From the NCBI GenBank assembly GCA_041662125.1, contig JBAZTA010000001.1, forward strand, positions 195,118-259,117: a stretch of DNA of 64,000 nt, in the 5' to 3' direction. The notes beneath the pieces were generated by a model. It worked only from the letters and a program-made list of their open reading frames with translations. It was not told the origin of the DNA and did not search any database. This document shows, one piece after another, positions 1 through 10,423 of this stretch. Position 1 is the stretch's first letter. Every line of letters begins with the position of its first letter. The position numbers and the translations under genes were made by a program. This stretch comes from Candidatus Omnitrophota bacterium (GTDB lineage: Bacteria > Omnitrophota > Gorgyraeia > Gygaellales > Profunditerraquicolaceae).

Positions 1-806
1 TGTTCTTGAATATACCCGGAGATCCTTACCCGCTCCTGCAGCTTCTTTTGCGCTATTATTTTTAAAAGCCCCTGGTAATATTCTTGATCAATGCTGTTAT
101 CAGTCATGCAGCCTCCGGCAATAAAAAAAATAACCTCCGGCGGTAATTGAGGCAAAATATCTAAAATAAGTTCATACCCTTTTTTCTTATTAATAAACCC
201 GAAAATAGTGACAACAGCCTTATCTTCCAACCCCAGCTTTTTCTTGGCTTGCGCTTTTGCCATCAGGCTCTCAAACCGTGAAAACTCCGGGATCCCGTGA
301 GGGATAAGCACGATTTTTTCACGGCTATCAACAAAAGGATTCACCATTATTTGCTGGCAACGGGTATGCACGATGATCTTATTGACACGGCTATACACCA
401 CCTTATGGTACAGATGTGACCAGGTATTCCAAAACAAAAGCGTATGGTTAAAAATAAACTTTTTTACATCCCCATTAAATCCACCCTGTCCCGGCTTATA
501 CGACGGCCTTACTTCATGCGCGGTCATAATAACGGGAACTTTTACGTTTTCCAAGAAATAAAGGAATCGGTTACGATAGGGTAGTTCACCGTTAAAATAA
601 ACATAGTTAAACTGCACATGGCAGACATCAACACCTTCAATACTCTTGGCCAATGCCTGGTAATACGATTTATCATCGATATAAAACCCAAGCTTGGCTA
701 TTTTGATACTAACGCCGCAGCGTTTTAAGCTGGTAACCAGGTGCTGTGAATAATCCGCGATCCCGTCTCGCGGGGTATCCCAACCGGTACAAAAGGCAAC
801 TCTCAT
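1..806 (-). CDS. Glycosyltransferase family 4 (group 1), N-terminal part; 3' end runs off the window start
   Basis: Reverse-strand translation from ATG at 806-804 gives MRVAFCTGWDTPRDGIADYSQHL..., a GT4-like N-terminal Rossmann domain. GGAGG RBS 7 nt upstream. Not in ORF track because it is truncated by the window edge. Confidence 0.55.
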   Translation of the reverse strand, partial: MRVAFCTGWDTPRDGIADYSQHLVTSLKRCGVSIKIAKLGFYIDDKSYYQALAKSIEGVDVCHVQFNYVYFNGELPYRNRFLYFLENVKVPVIMTAHEVRPSYKPGQGGFNGDVKKFIFNHTLLFWNTWSHLYHKVVYSRVNKIIVHTRCQQIMVNPFVDSREKIVLIPHGIPEFSRFESLMAKAQAKKKLGLEDKAVVTIFGFINKKKGYELILDILPQLPPEVIFFIAGGCMTDNSIDQEYYQGLLKIIAQKKLQERVRISGYIQE

Positions 807-807
807 C

Positions 808-1380
808 TTACTTTTTAACCTCCAATTCTAAATAAATCCCTTCAGCCCTGAATACATAACAAAACACTTCTTCGTATAATGCAATATGCCTGTTAAAGAA
901 CCCCTCCAGGCGCCTAAAAAACCTGTGCAGCATGACGTGCCGCTGCCGAAGGATAAAGCGGCAAGAGGCATAAAAGCCATATTCTTTCGATAAAGACGCC
1001 CCTTCAATAAAGTAATCGAGAGAGCGGGCGCTGAAATGATGAATATGCGTCGGATCGATAAAAGAGCCGTCATCGCTAAAATGAGGTGTCAGAATATAGA
1101 GTACGGCTGCGGGTTTTGAAACCCGATAGATTTCTTTCATACTACCGACCGTATCCTGCAAGTGTTCAAGCGCATTGATGCAAATCACGGTATCAAACTC
1201 ATTGTCCTTAAACGGCCAGGGGAACACATTGAGGTCAGCAAACACATCCGCATGAGAGTCACGATTATTATCTATGCCGATAGAGCCGGGATATTTATTC
1301 TTTCCGCAGCACATATGAAGCGTTTTGGTAGCGCGCGAGCGTTCCTGGATCTTTATGATATTGTTCGTCCAATGTTTCAT
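808..1380 (-). CDS. Class I SAM-dependent methyltransferase
   Basis: 190 aa. Methyltransf_11-like core: GSIGIDNN...DLNVFPWPFKDNEFDTVICINALEHL. Confidence 0.65.
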   Translation of the reverse strand: MKHWTNNIIKIQERSRATKTLHMCCGKNKYPGSIGIDNNRDSHADVFADLNVFPWPFKDNEFDTVICINALEHLQDTVGSMKEIYRVSKPAAVLYILTPHFSDDGSFIDPTHIHHFSARSLDYFIEGASLSKEYGFYASCRFILRQRHVMLHRFFRRLEGFFNRHIALYEEVFCYVFRAEGIYLELEVKK

Positions 1381-1401
1381 AGATCACCCGCCATTTCTCT
1401 T

Positions 1402-2544
1402 TTAGCTAACTTGCTGGTAAATCGCCAGAGTCTTCTCTGCAGTTTTTTTCCACGACAGGTCTCTTGTTATACTTGAGCAATTTTGCCGGGACTGCATAGT
1501 CAGGTCTTTATCCGTAAGCAACGCCCGAATTGAGCGGGCGATTTCTTGGCTCTGGGACGGATCAAAGCTTACCACGCGCTCTCCAACCACTTCCAAAGCC
1601 CCTGTATTACGCGAACAGGCCACGGGAACACCGCAGGCCAAAGCCTCTAAAACCGGCATACCAAACCATTCATAGAGGGTCGGTAAAACAAAAGCTGCTG
1701 CCCCGTTATAAAGAACAGGCAGATAGAGGTGGCTTATATAATCAGTAAAGATCACTCTTTCGGAAATCCCTGCTTTTTGAGCTTCTCTGAGTAATGCCTG
1801 ATAATTAGCATCGATCCTGCCTACCAGCACTAAATAATGCTCCCCCAGGCTTTTCTCCTGCAGCACTGTTTTATAAGCATCGAGGAGTCGCGAGAGGTTT
1901 TTATTAGCTTCCGCTGAGCCGATATACAACAAAAACCTTTTTCCTGAAAGGCCAAAACGCGACAATACCGGCTCGAGCTGTTTTTCATCGGGAATACGCC
2001 GAAAAATATCATCAACGCCCAGATGCACGACCGTAACACGATTGTACGGAAGAGAAATACGCCTTAATAAATCTTTTTTTGCTAATTCCGAGACCGCGAT
2101 TATCTTATGCGCCGTCCGGCCTACCCGCTGGAGCCACTGGCGTACCTTATCAACGCTATATTCGGCCCAAAGCGTTTCTGGATCAGCCATACCATGAAAA
2201 GTAACAACCATTTTTCCACGGGCAGGGACCGGAGAATAATGAGTGAAATTATAATTCATCGTATTATGAAACACATCCAGGTTCCCAAGAAAACATTCAA
2301 CAGGAGGAAAAGACAACCGCTCCCAGGATCTCGCCAGGAACCTTCCCGGGAAACGGCACCACACCTGTTTTAATCGCGGAGTATTCTCAGGGAAAGCAAA
2401 TTGCCCTTTTTTAAGCCCATTATAAAAAAGGACATATTCATGCTCCGGGCCGGTTTCCAACAAATTCTTAATTAAATAATACGCGTATTGCCCCTGTCCG
2501 CGCAACTCATTCTGCAATACCCGTGCATCAATACCTATGCGCAT
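1402..2544 (-). CDS. Glycosyltransferase family 4 (GT1 superfamily)
   Basis: 380 aa. C-terminal EX7E-type motif region: EWFGMPVLEALACGVPVACSRNTGALEVVG. Confidence 0.8.
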   Translation of the reverse strand: MRIGIDARVLQNELRGQGQYAYYLIKNLLETGPEHEYVLFYNGLKKGQFAFPENTPRLKQVWCRFPGRFLARSWERLSFPPVECFLGNLDVFHNTMNYNFTHYSPVPARGKMVVTFHGMADPETLWAEYSVDKVRQWLQRVGRTAHKIIAVSELAKKDLLRRISLPYNRVTVVHLGVDDIFRRIPDEKQLEPVLSRFGLSGKRFLLYIGSAEANKNLSRLLDAYKTVLQEKSLGEHYLVLVGRIDANYQALLREAQKAGISERVIFTDYISHLYLPVLYNGAAAFVLPTLYEWFGMPVLEALACGVPVACSRNTGALEVVGERVVSFDPSQSQEIARSIRALLTDKDLTMQSRQNCSSITRDLSWKKTAEKTLAIYQQVS

Positions 2545-2546
2545 AA

Positions 2547-3545
2547 TTACTTCCTGTTGTAGTAAGAGAATAAAGCTTTGACAACTACCCCCCAGAGACG
2601 AATATTCTTTAATACGCCGGTTCTGCCTTTAGACGTGCGAGGGAAAGCCCGTCTCTGCTGCTTCCAGGCGCCGTGCAGCGCTGACCAAACCCCATCCATG
2701 ACCGCATCCGCTAAATCCTGTTTTCCACTGGCTGCTAATTGCTGGAATTTATTTACTGAATCAACAACGTACGTGACACTAAATTGTATCTTTCTCAAGA
2801 GTGGCGCATGTTTCTTTATAAAAATAAAACGGTTGCGAAAAAGATAAAAATAAACCGATGCTGAATAGACTCCGCCGGTAGCCCGTGACCCTTTATGATA
2901 CACCAGGATTTTCGGATACAAAAAAGACTTTATACCCAGTTTAGCGCCGCGCACCCCCCACTCTACATCTTCATAATACGCAAAGAAATCTTCATCCAGC
3001 AATCCGATCCGGTCAATGGCCTCCCGTTTAAAAAAAATAGCGCACCAGGAAGCAAAATCAATTTCCAAAAGCCCTTTCTGTGACACAATATATTCCCATT
3101 CATACTGTCTGCACAAATCACCATTACCCCAATCGATCTGAGTGCCTGAAAATTGCATTTTTTGCCGGTCATCATAATAAGCAATAAGAGGAGAAACAAC
3201 TGATACCTGACTACGCTCTCCCAGCACATTTCTTAAATCATGAATAATTGCCGGTTCAACTACCGTATCGTTATTGAGGACAAGAAAATACTCCGTGCCG
3301 TATTTCAAAGCATATTGGATACCGATATTGTTGGCGACGCAAAAACCTTTATTTTCCTTATTCTCGATTATCACGGCATCTTTAAAACGAGCGCGGATCG
3401 CCTGAAGTGAACCGTCAGTTGACCCATTATCAACCAGAATGACCTGAAAATTGGAATAATCAATCTGAAAAACTGATTCCAGGCACTCCAGAGTATCAAC
3501 TTTACCGTTCCAATTCAAAATTATGATACTGACTTTTGGTTCCAT
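2547..3545 (-). CDS. Glycosyltransferase family 2
   Basis: 332 aa. N-terminal GT2 signature VSIIILNWNG...ILVDNGSTDGS. Confidence 0.8.
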   Translation of the reverse strand: MEPKVSIIILNWNGKVDTLECLESVFQIDYSNFQVILVDNGSTDGSLQAIRARFKDAVIIENKENKGFCVANNIGIQYALKYGTEYFLVLNNDTVVEPAIIHDLRNVLGERSQVSVVSPLIAYYDDRQKMQFSGTQIDWGNGDLCRQYEWEYIVSQKGLLEIDFASWCAIFFKREAIDRIGLLDEDFFAYYEDVEWGVRGAKLGIKSFLYPKILVYHKGSRATGGVYSASVYFYLFRNRFIFIKKHAPLLRKIQFSVTYVVDSVNKFQQLAASGKQDLADAVMDGVWSALHGAWKQQRRAFPRTSKGRTGVLKNIRLWGVVVKALFSYYNRK

Positions 3546-3559
3546 ACGCCTATTTACCC

Positions 3560-4210
3560 TTATATCCTATCTATATTTTTATGTAAGAATTCTTTCAGAC
3601 GCTGCTTAAAAATAAGCCTTTTGAACCGGCCAGAACGAAGGTCAGCATCACGCAGATCATTTATACGCCTTCGAGTAACAATTGAATACAGTGACAATTT
3701 CCGCAGGTCTTGTTCATGAAACTCCTGCGGCTTTACACATTTCAGCAAAACTCCCGGCTGCACATCACACTCGAGCTTATCTATATGGCAATCCTGAAAG
3801 ATAGTACGCATATCCTCTTCTTCATATCTCCAGAAATCAAAGGGATACCCGTGATACACAAAACCTTCAGAGCGAGTCGTAACTAAAATAACCCCGCCTG
3901 GCTTGCAAATTGTTTTCATATTGTGTATTGCCAGCCTCCAATCTCTGACATGTTCCAGCAATTCAGTAGAAACGACCAGATCAAAACTCCGCTCGCCGAA
4001 TCGAGAAACCAAAGCCGTAACGTCACAAACAACGTCAACTCCTTGCCCTGCCGCAATATCCACACCGATATATTCCTGGGGCCCATACTGTTCGATCAAA
4101 GGACGCAAGGAACCGTTAACATTACATGCGCCTATTTCAATAACCCTTTTCCCTTTGATTTCCTCTGCGCTGAGGTTCTTCATACCAAACATAAAACAGT
4201 TAATATTCAT
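3560..4210 (-). CDS. SAM-dependent methyltransferase
   Basis: 216 aa. Class I MTase motifs VIEIGACNVNGSL / FDLVVSTELLEHV. Confidence 0.65.
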   Translation of the reverse strand: MNINCFMFGMKNLSAEEIKGKRVIEIGACNVNGSLRPLIEQYGPQEYIGVDIAAGQGVDVVCDVTALVSRFGERSFDLVVSTELLEHVRDWRLAIHNMKTICKPGGVILVTTRSEGFVYHGYPFDFWRYEEEDMRTIFQDCHIDKLECDVQPGVLLKCVKPQEFHEQDLRKLSLYSIVTRRRINDLRDADLRSGRFKRLIFKQRLKEFLHKNIDRI

Positions 4211-4226
4211 TACTCTACCTTCATCT

Positions 4227-5222
4227 TTATTGTTTCGTTAAATAAATACAGACTTGGTCTCCGGTTCTCTCTTTATTCAATGCAACAGCTTTCACCTGGA
4301 ATTCTTTTATCCTTTCCGCAGAAAAAATGCTCTTTTGAGGATTCACACAATACGATCGCTCATCTCTTAAAGGAATATCCTGCGCATATTGAAGGCTGCC
4401 TATAAATTGAAACTCAGTCGAATCAAACTCAATTTCTTTGATTGCTAAACCGGAGTTCCGCGCAAGTGTTTCAATATTCTTAAGAGAGAACAAGAAGAAA
4501 TGGCGCGGCGCGTCGATCTGTACCCAGTTTACGCCGAACGCTCCCCAGGCATAGGAAGATACTGTCGGGATCCTGATCAAAACGCAGCCATCTTTAGTCA
4601 AAAGCCGAGTGATATCCGAAAATACTTTCGCAGGCTCAGACATATGTTCCAAAGCATGATGCAGCATAATAATATCGAAGCTTCCGGAAACAGCGGATAT
4701 TTCCTTCTTTTCTATCCGCACAGAGCCCTCAAGAATATGACTTTCAATAAAACTATCAACTCCGCGAAGCCGGCGGAAACCATACCAGGCTAACTCTAAC
4801 AAGAGCCTTCCCCTGCCGCTTCCCACATCCAATATCCGAGAACTAAGGTTAGCATTACATTTCTTAAGCCAGGATAGATATTCAACTAATTGCCGCTCTG
4901 CAGGCTTATACCTGTGCACCAACCTTCCAATATAACTTTTGCCTCCCAGATAATATTCAGTCCGTTTATGGCGTAAAAATCGAGCAGTAGGCGAATCCGG
5001 TTTATTCAGAGATAAGCGTTCATCTTCCTGAAACGAATAGTAATCTTCAGGATAATAACGGGACATATCAGCAGGTATATCTTTTATCTGCAAACACCCG
5101 CAGAAAGAACATTCAAAATAAACAAATACCTCTCGGGACCCAAACATCATTTCCCTAACACGGTATTCTTTATTCTCTCCCTGATTTCCACAGATCTTAC
5201 AAACAAGGCCATGATTCTGCAT
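4227..5222 (-). CDS. SAM-dependent methyltransferase with N-terminal Cys4 zinc ribbon
   Basis: 331 aa. CKICGN...CSFCG zinc ribbon, then RILDVGSGRGRLLLEL MTase motif I and LHHALEHM. Confidence 0.6.
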   Translation of the reverse strand: MQNHGLVCKICGNQGENKEYRVREMMFGSREVFVYFECSFCGCLQIKDIPADMSRYYPEDYYSFQEDERLSLNKPDSPTARFLRHKRTEYYLGGKSYIGRLVHRYKPAERQLVEYLSWLKKCNANLSSRILDVGSGRGRLLLELAWYGFRRLRGVDSFIESHILEGSVRIEKKEISAVSGSFDIIMLHHALEHMSEPAKVFSDITRLLTKDGCVLIRIPTVSSYAWGAFGVNWVQIDAPRHFFLFSLKNIETLARNSGLAIKEIEFDSTEFQFIGSLQYAQDIPLRDERSYCVNPQKSIFSAERIKEFQVKAVALNKERTGDQVCIYLTKQ

Positions 5223-5227
5223 ATACT

Positions 5228-6835
5228 CTACGCCAGGCTCTTTATGATGTTGCGGGCAAACGGCACCTTTTCCTGCAAAAACAGGATATCATTTACGCCG
5301 AGCAATTTCCCAGAGCGTATCCCCGCAATATAAACACACGTAAAAATCGTTCCCCGTGCCAAGAGGATGAAAAAAAGCAAATACCGCGACGGGACAGGAA
5401 CAATATATCTCAGGAGCATATCAAAAGCATAGACGAACGCAACAGCAAGGACACTCACGAACAAATACGGGATTATAATTTGAAAAAATCTTTTTACAGG
5501 GATTCCCAGCACTTTATGCAGAATTACCAGAAAATAGACCGTCCCGGCATTTGTAGCTACCATCGTACCCCAGGCAACACCGTAAAACCCCATCATTTTT
5601 ATAAACACAATGCTTAAGATAACATTTAACACGACAACAATAATCGAGCCCCGCGCCATTAATTGCGGTTTATCGATCGCCAGGCAGGTTGAGGAAGCGA
5701 CTTGAGCAATAACATTGATCATGGAACTTAAAGCCAGTATCTGAATGATAAACGCTGATTTTTCATACCCCTGCCCCATCCACACCGACATAATATGAAA
5801 CGCCGATATGATCACAAATATAAATAAGGGCACCATAAAAAATGCTAGGTATTTGGTCGTCATTAAATATGCTTCAATAAGTTTAACGCGCTCACCCCTG
5901 GCTTCGATCTCGGCAAAAGCGGGGATAAGAGCTGAAACAAGCATGTACGAGAACCCCATGACTGCCCCGACAATACCGCTGCCTAACTGATAATACGTAA
6001 CCAGTCCTAACGACAGGAAATACCCGATCAAGATCTTATCTGTTTGCGTAGTGATGACTCCGGCAACCTTGGTCATCTGCACCCGGAAACCAAAATTAAA
6101 TAACATTCCCAACATCCTGCGGTTCACAAAACGCACTCCTAAGCGTAACGAAGGCACCAAGCGAAAAGCTACCGCGATATTGACAATAGTTGCGATACAA
6201 AAAAGGATGATATTATTCACCATTAAACCGGCAAGCCCATAGCCTAAAGACAAAAACATAAGAATTCCCGTAACATTGATCAATGACATCCCTATTGCTA
6301 TTTTATTAGTCACATCCATTCTCTGTATTCCGCTCTGGAGAGAAGAAAATGAGCTCAGTGCATTATTACAGGTAAACAGAACGATCCCCGCTGACACAAC
6401 AAACTTTGTTTCGCCATATAACGCAGCAGAGACCTTAAACAAAACGAGGAGTTGGTCAATAAAAATGAAGGTTACCCCTATTACGCCGATGCCGAAAAAA
6501 GAATAAAAAACTAGCCCCGTATTGATCACTTGGTTTATCTTATCGTATTCTTTTCTGGTATAATATTCCGATAAATATTTTACAAACGAGGAACCGACGC
6601 CAAAATCAAACAAACTAAAATAACCGGTAATAACACCAATAATTGCCCAGACCCCAAAGCGTTCTATACCAATACATTTAATAATATACGGTGTTAAGAA
6701 TACACCGACGATCAAAATCCAGAAACGCCCCAAAAAATTATACAGGGTATTACGGACTATCTTGCCTGAGACGCCCCCTCTGAGCTCTGAGTGCTCATCC
6801 ATGCTGATACGCCTCCGCCGCATTTTCTTCAGCAA
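5228..6835 (-). CDS. Wzx-type oligosaccharide flippase (polysaccharide biosynthesis protein family)
   Basis: 535 aa polytopic membrane protein. N-terminal LYNFLGRFWILIVGVFLTPYII motif typical of the Wzx/MOP family. True start may be the internal Met (MDEHSEL, about 6802), which would reduce the overlap with the next gene. Confidence 0.7.
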   Translation of the reverse strand: MLKKMRRRRISMDEHSELRGGVSGKIVRNTLYNFLGRFWILIVGVFLTPYIIKCIGIERFGVWAIIGVITGYFSLFDFGVGSSFVKYLSEYYTRKEYDKINQVINTGLVFYSFFGIGVIGVTFIFIDQLLVLFKVSAALYGETKFVVSAGIVLFTCNNALSSFSSLQSGIQRMDVTNKIAIGMSLINVTGILMFLSLGYGLAGLMVNNIILFCIATIVNIAVAFRLVPSLRLGVRFVNRRMLGMLFNFGFRVQMTKVAGVITTQTDKILIGYFLSLGLVTYYQLGSGIVGAVMGFSYMLVSALIPAFAEIEARGERVKLIEAYLMTTKYLAFFMVPLFIFVIISAFHIMSVWMGQGYEKSAFIIQILALSSMINVIAQVASSTCLAIDKPQLMARGSIIVVVLNVILSIVFIKMMGFYGVAWGTMVATNAGTVYFLVILHKVLGIPVKRFFQIIIPYLFVSVLAVAFVYAFDMLLRYIVPVPSRYLLFFILLARGTIFTCVYIAGIRSGKLLGVNDILFLQEKVPFARNIIKSLA

Positions 6836-8171
6836 GTATATCCGGCAGGATTGCTACCAAAGCAGTCAAAAACCAAAACGGTTCCATGATGCGGATAATA
6901 ATGAACGTTGCTGAAGAGAAAGAATGGAATAAAAGCCCGACTAACCCCGCTAAATACCCTAAACAGAGCCCTTGAATAAAATTATTCTCACTTGCCTGAA
7001 CATACGATGTCCACGCCACCCGGAAGATCATCACGATAAGGACCAAAAACGCTGAAAAACCGATAAGGCCGGTTTCACTCAAAACCCTGGTATATTGATT
7101 ATCAACAACACTGCCTATCGGTATACCATAGCCAAGTAACGGTTTCTCTTGTACCCGCTGAAAAGCGGTACTCCAGGCGTCAATACGCGCCGCCGCAGAC
7201 TCTGAAACATCAATACGCTTGCCCATCATCTTATAGGAACGTTCAGGCGCAAACGTTTCATTGACACGCTTATATACCTTCTGGGGAAAAATAAACGGCG
7301 AGAGCAAGATCAAAGAAACAAAAACAGTGACTAACTGCGCTTTATATTTCTTACTCAACACGATGATAACCAGGAACATCGGGAAAAAAGCCAGCCACCC
7401 GCCGCGGGAAAGAGTCAGGATAAACACTAACCCGATAAACCCCAGGAAGAAGATCAGGGCTAAACGCTTCATTCTTGTTTCAGGATATACGATGAATCCC
7501 AGCGTTAAAGAAATTATCAAAAGTAAATACCCTGCAAACGTATTTGGTTCCCCCGCTTTACCCTCAAAAGGCGCTGATAACCGGCCTCCCCCGGGTATTT
7601 GGACCCAAGCGTATACACAAGCAAAAAAACAAGTCAGGAGAATAAAAAAAATAAAAATCTTAGCCTGTTTTATGGAACGCAGATTATTAACAACCATAAA
7701 ATAGAGCAGAAAATATTCTACATATTTCAAAAGAAAGAAAAATGAATGTTTTGCATTCAAATACCCTTGCAATATCCCTAATAGTGTGGAAAAAAAACAA
7801 ATAAAAGTATAAAACAGTATCGGCCGGTTTAACGTAGTGACTTTCAATAAGCCGAATTCTTTATTGACTGCCATTTTCGCAAGCCAGCCGAAGAAAATAA
7901 CGAACAAAAAAATATCATCAACACGCACCATCACAGCCCTGCCGGAGACGCCTCCTCCCGCTTCTAATTCCGGAGAGAGGAGCATGGAAAGAATAAGTAT
8001 GACTAATGCGAAATGAGTGTTCGCAAAAGAAATAGCGAAGATTACCGAAGCAAAAATAAAAACAAACGCGTACTGGACAGGAAAGCGGAAAACCACAAAA
8101 AGAAGGGATAAGAATATCGCGAAGAGGAAAACAACAACATGGACCGTCTGTGCCTTTTGATTATGAATCAT
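6795..8171 (-). CDS. O-antigen ligase/polymerase (Wzy-like) membrane protein
   Basis: 458 aa with about 10-12 TM helices and a large periplasmic loop. Called from its position in the EPS cluster. Confidence 0.5.
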   Translation of the reverse strand: MIHNQKAQTVHVVVFLFAIFLSLLFVVFRFPVQYAFVFIFASVIFAISFANTHFALVILILSMLLSPELEAGGGVSGRAVMVRVDDIFLFVIFFGWLAKMAVNKEFGLLKVTTLNRPILFYTFICFFSTLLGILQGYLNAKHSFFFLLKYVEYFLLYFMVVNNLRSIKQAKIFIFFILLTCFFACVYAWVQIPGGGRLSAPFEGKAGEPNTFAGYLLLIISLTLGFIVYPETRMKRLALIFFLGFIGLVFILTLSRGGWLAFFPMFLVIIVLSKKYKAQLVTVFVSLILLSPFIFPQKVYKRVNETFAPERSYKMMGKRIDVSESAAARIDAWSTAFQRVQEKPLLGYGIPIGSVVDNQYTRVLSETGLIGFSAFLVLIVMIFRVAWTSYVQASENNFIQGLCLGYLAGLVGLLFHSFSSATFIIIRIMEPFWFLTALVAILPDILAEENAAEAYQHG

Positions 8172-8214
8172 ACATGTCCAAATGGAGTCAATACTACCAA
8201 ATTACATTTTTCTC

Positions 8215-8255
8215 TAAAAAAGAAAAGAGGGACATTCCGCCCCTTTCGTAATTTC
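8215..8255 (-). terminator. Putative intrinsic terminator after the Wzc gene
   Basis: On the minus strand: AAAGGGGcggaatgtCCCCTcTTT stem-loop followed by TCTTTTTTAG. Confidence 0.35.
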
Positions 8256-8288
8256 TAAAAAAACCAAAACTTTGCGCACGAGCACGAT

Positions 8289-10223
8289 CTATCCTTCTGC
8301 CTCCTTCTTTGCCGATTTATATGGTTTCGGAGGCTCTTCTTTTCCGTAATAGCGGTACTTGTGCGAATAATACGGATATGTCGCGATCGCTTCAGTCTGA
8401 GATTTGGTATGGTTTAAAACTACTCCCGCAATTTTTGCGCCAACGGACTCTAACTGTCCCTTTGCCCGGATAAGGGCCTCTCGGCTTGTCCTGCCGATTT
8501 CATAAACAATAACCACACAATCAATCTTGGGCGCAAGAAGGCTTGCATCAGTAACGGGCAGGATTGGCGGAGCGTCAAAAATGATCACATCAAATCTCAC
8601 TTTTAATTTATCGATAACAGTCGCTAATTCTTTAGATTCTATAAGTTCAGGAGGATTAAACGGCAGGCGGCCGGAAGTAAGCAGCCATATATTCTCAAGG
8701 CCGGGTGTCATCCTGATCTCTTCAAAATTCATCTCCCCCATCATAAGGTCAGTAACATTTTTCAATGCGTCTTCAAGGGTTACCGTCCCCGTCAAAAGTT
8801 CATTGAGCCCAGGCTCTTTCTTTATTCCGAATGTTTTTGCTATTACAGGCCTCCTCAGGTCAGCAGAAACTAAGAGTGTCTTTAACCCGGCCTGCGCCAT
8901 AACAATCGAAAGATTGACTGCAATACTGCTCTTACCTTCACGCGGACCGGAGCTGGTGACAAGAATCGACTTCTTGGAAGGATTGAGTTTTAAGTTTGTA
9001 TGAATATTACGGTAGGCTTCGGTTGTCGGAGATTTCGGGTTATAATGAGAAAATAAACGGATCAGCCTTTCCTGTTCCTCTGTTTTCTGCGCCGGAGAAA
9101 ACTTTGCCCTGATGCGGTCGATGATCCCATACCCCTGATCGCTTTCATTGATCACTGAAGGAATAACGCCTAAAACCGGCAGCTTAACCACATTTTCTAC
9201 ATCTTCGATAGTACCGATGGAAGTATCTAAGGTTTCAAGCACAAACGCCAGCGCTACCCCCAGGATCAGCCCCATGAACGCCCCTACCACAACCCCCATT
9301 TTCTCGTTGCCGGAAACAGGCGCTGAAGGAAGTACTGCGGGGTTGACGACTGAAATATCCCCGACCTTTTGGGCCTCAGTAATACGGGCCTCCTCAAGCT
9401 TTTCTTTAAGCATAGCGTAGAGCTTTTTATTAACATCGATCTCCCTGGTTAAACGGGTATATTCAAGTTCCTGCCCGGAAAAACCTTTGACCTGAGATTC
9501 AATTTGTTCGATCTGTTCACGGGCCTGTATAACACGGGGATGTTTTTCCGTATATTTTTGCATTAAATCCGCCAGTTGAAATTCCAACTCAAGCAATTTC
9601 TGCTGCATAGGTTCAGCTAATTTAATGTTTTTCACCTCATCGCCAAAAATCCGCAATTTATCTTCTGCCTGGCGTAAACGGTCTTCCAAAGACGCTAACT
9701 GTTCTTCAATGAACTGACGAGTATGACGCGCCTGTTTGGCTTTATCAACCAGGTTTTCTTCAATATAGACATCTGCAACGCTGTTTGCCAAATCCATAGC
9801 TTCCTTGGCATTGTCAGCGGTAGCGACAATACGGATCATATTGGTATTGCCGACTTTTTCCGAATCGATGCTCCCTTGCAAATTGCTCACCACGCTGTTA
9901 ACCAATTCTACAGGAGACTTCTCATCGATCAAACCGCGCAGCAATGCGACTTTCTTCATAACCGGATAGCCTTTAATAAATTTGGTTTCCGATTCCATCA
10001 CATCGCCAGGGCTATACATGACCATTTCAGTCAAAAGGCCGGCGATGGTTTTTCGTTCTTCTATTTTGATAGTAGCGCTTGCTTGATAGACAGGCTGTTT
10101 TTTGGAAAGATAAAAAAGACTGCCGATAAAAACGGCAAAAAAGGTAAAAAGAATGACTAATTTTCTTTTATGAAAGATGCGGACATAATCTCTTAAATTA
10201 AGTTCATACTGCGGCAAAATCAC
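8289..10223 (-). CDS. Polysaccharide co-polymerase / tyrosine autokinase (Wzc/EpsB-like)
   Basis: 644 aa. N-terminal Wzz-like TM domain, coiled coil, Walker A SSGPREGKSS, Walker B VIIFDAPP, C-terminal Tyr-rich tail YPYYSHKYRYYG. GAGGAGG RBS. Confidence 0.8.
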   Translation of the reverse strand: MILPQYELNLRDYVRIFHKRKLVILFTFFAVFIGSLFYLSKKQPVYQASATIKIEERKTIAGLLTEMVMYSPGDVMESETKFIKGYPVMKKVALLRGLIDEKSPVELVNSVVSNLQGSIDSEKVGNTNMIRIVATADNAKEAMDLANSVADVYIEENLVDKAKQARHTRQFIEEQLASLEDRLRQAEDKLRIFGDEVKNIKLAEPMQQKLLELEFQLADLMQKYTEKHPRVIQAREQIEQIESQVKGFSGQELEYTRLTREIDVNKKLYAMLKEKLEEARITEAQKVGDISVVNPAVLPSAPVSGNEKMGVVVGAFMGLILGVALAFVLETLDTSIGTIEDVENVVKLPVLGVIPSVINESDQGYGIIDRIRAKFSPAQKTEEQERLIRLFSHYNPKSPTTEAYRNIHTNLKLNPSKKSILVTSSGPREGKSSIAVNLSIVMAQAGLKTLLVSADLRRPVIAKTFGIKKEPGLNELLTGTVTLEDALKNVTDLMMGEMNFEEIRMTPGLENIWLLTSGRLPFNPPELIESKELATVIDKLKVRFDVIIFDAPPILPVTDASLLAPKIDCVVIVYEIGRTSREALIRAKGQLESVGAKIAGVVLNHTKSQTEAIATYPYYSHKYRYYGKEEPPKPYKSAKKEAEG

Positions 10224-10241
10224 CTCCTCGTATAATGTTCT

Positions 10242-10270
10242 AACATATCATAGAATCAACAGGTTATCAA
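10242..10270 (-). promoter_or_regulatory. Candidate sigma70 promoter for the Wzc operon
   Basis: Minus strand: TTGATA, 17-nt spacer, TATGTT, about 20 nt upstream of the GAGGAGG RBS. Confidence 0.3.
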
Positions 10271-10359
10271 GTGAATAATGCGTAAGAAGAACGCACACCT
10301 GCCGCAGAAAGCGGCATACCCAGCACTCCGATATGCTGGGGTGCAATAAGTCCGGGGAC

Positions 10360-10388
10360 TTGACTGCCTATTTCTTTTCTGTTAGACT
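10360..10388 (+). promoter_or_regulatory. Candidate sigma70 promoter for the ABC exporter genes
   Basis: TTGACT, 17-nt spacer, TAGACT, about 35 nt upstream of the ATG at 10424. Confidence 0.4.
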
Positions 10389-10423
10389 AAAAACAAATAA
10401 AACCCTATACTTAAAACAATACT

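Noticed and set aside
373-561. Plus-strand 62-aa ORF, and many other plus-strand ORFs nested inside minus-strand genes (e.g. 1162-1476, 2107-2373, 8527-9003, 32143-33363, 58455-58934)
   Set aside because: Each lies antisense to, and wholly within, a well-supported minus-strand gene. None has an RBS, and their compositions are low-complexity or antisense-typical. All are judged spurious.
10300-10350. Short inverted repeat CCCAGCA…TGCTGGG in the divergent Wzc/ABC promoter region
   Set aside because: A 7-bp stem alone is within chance expectation. It could be a regulator site, but there is no further support.
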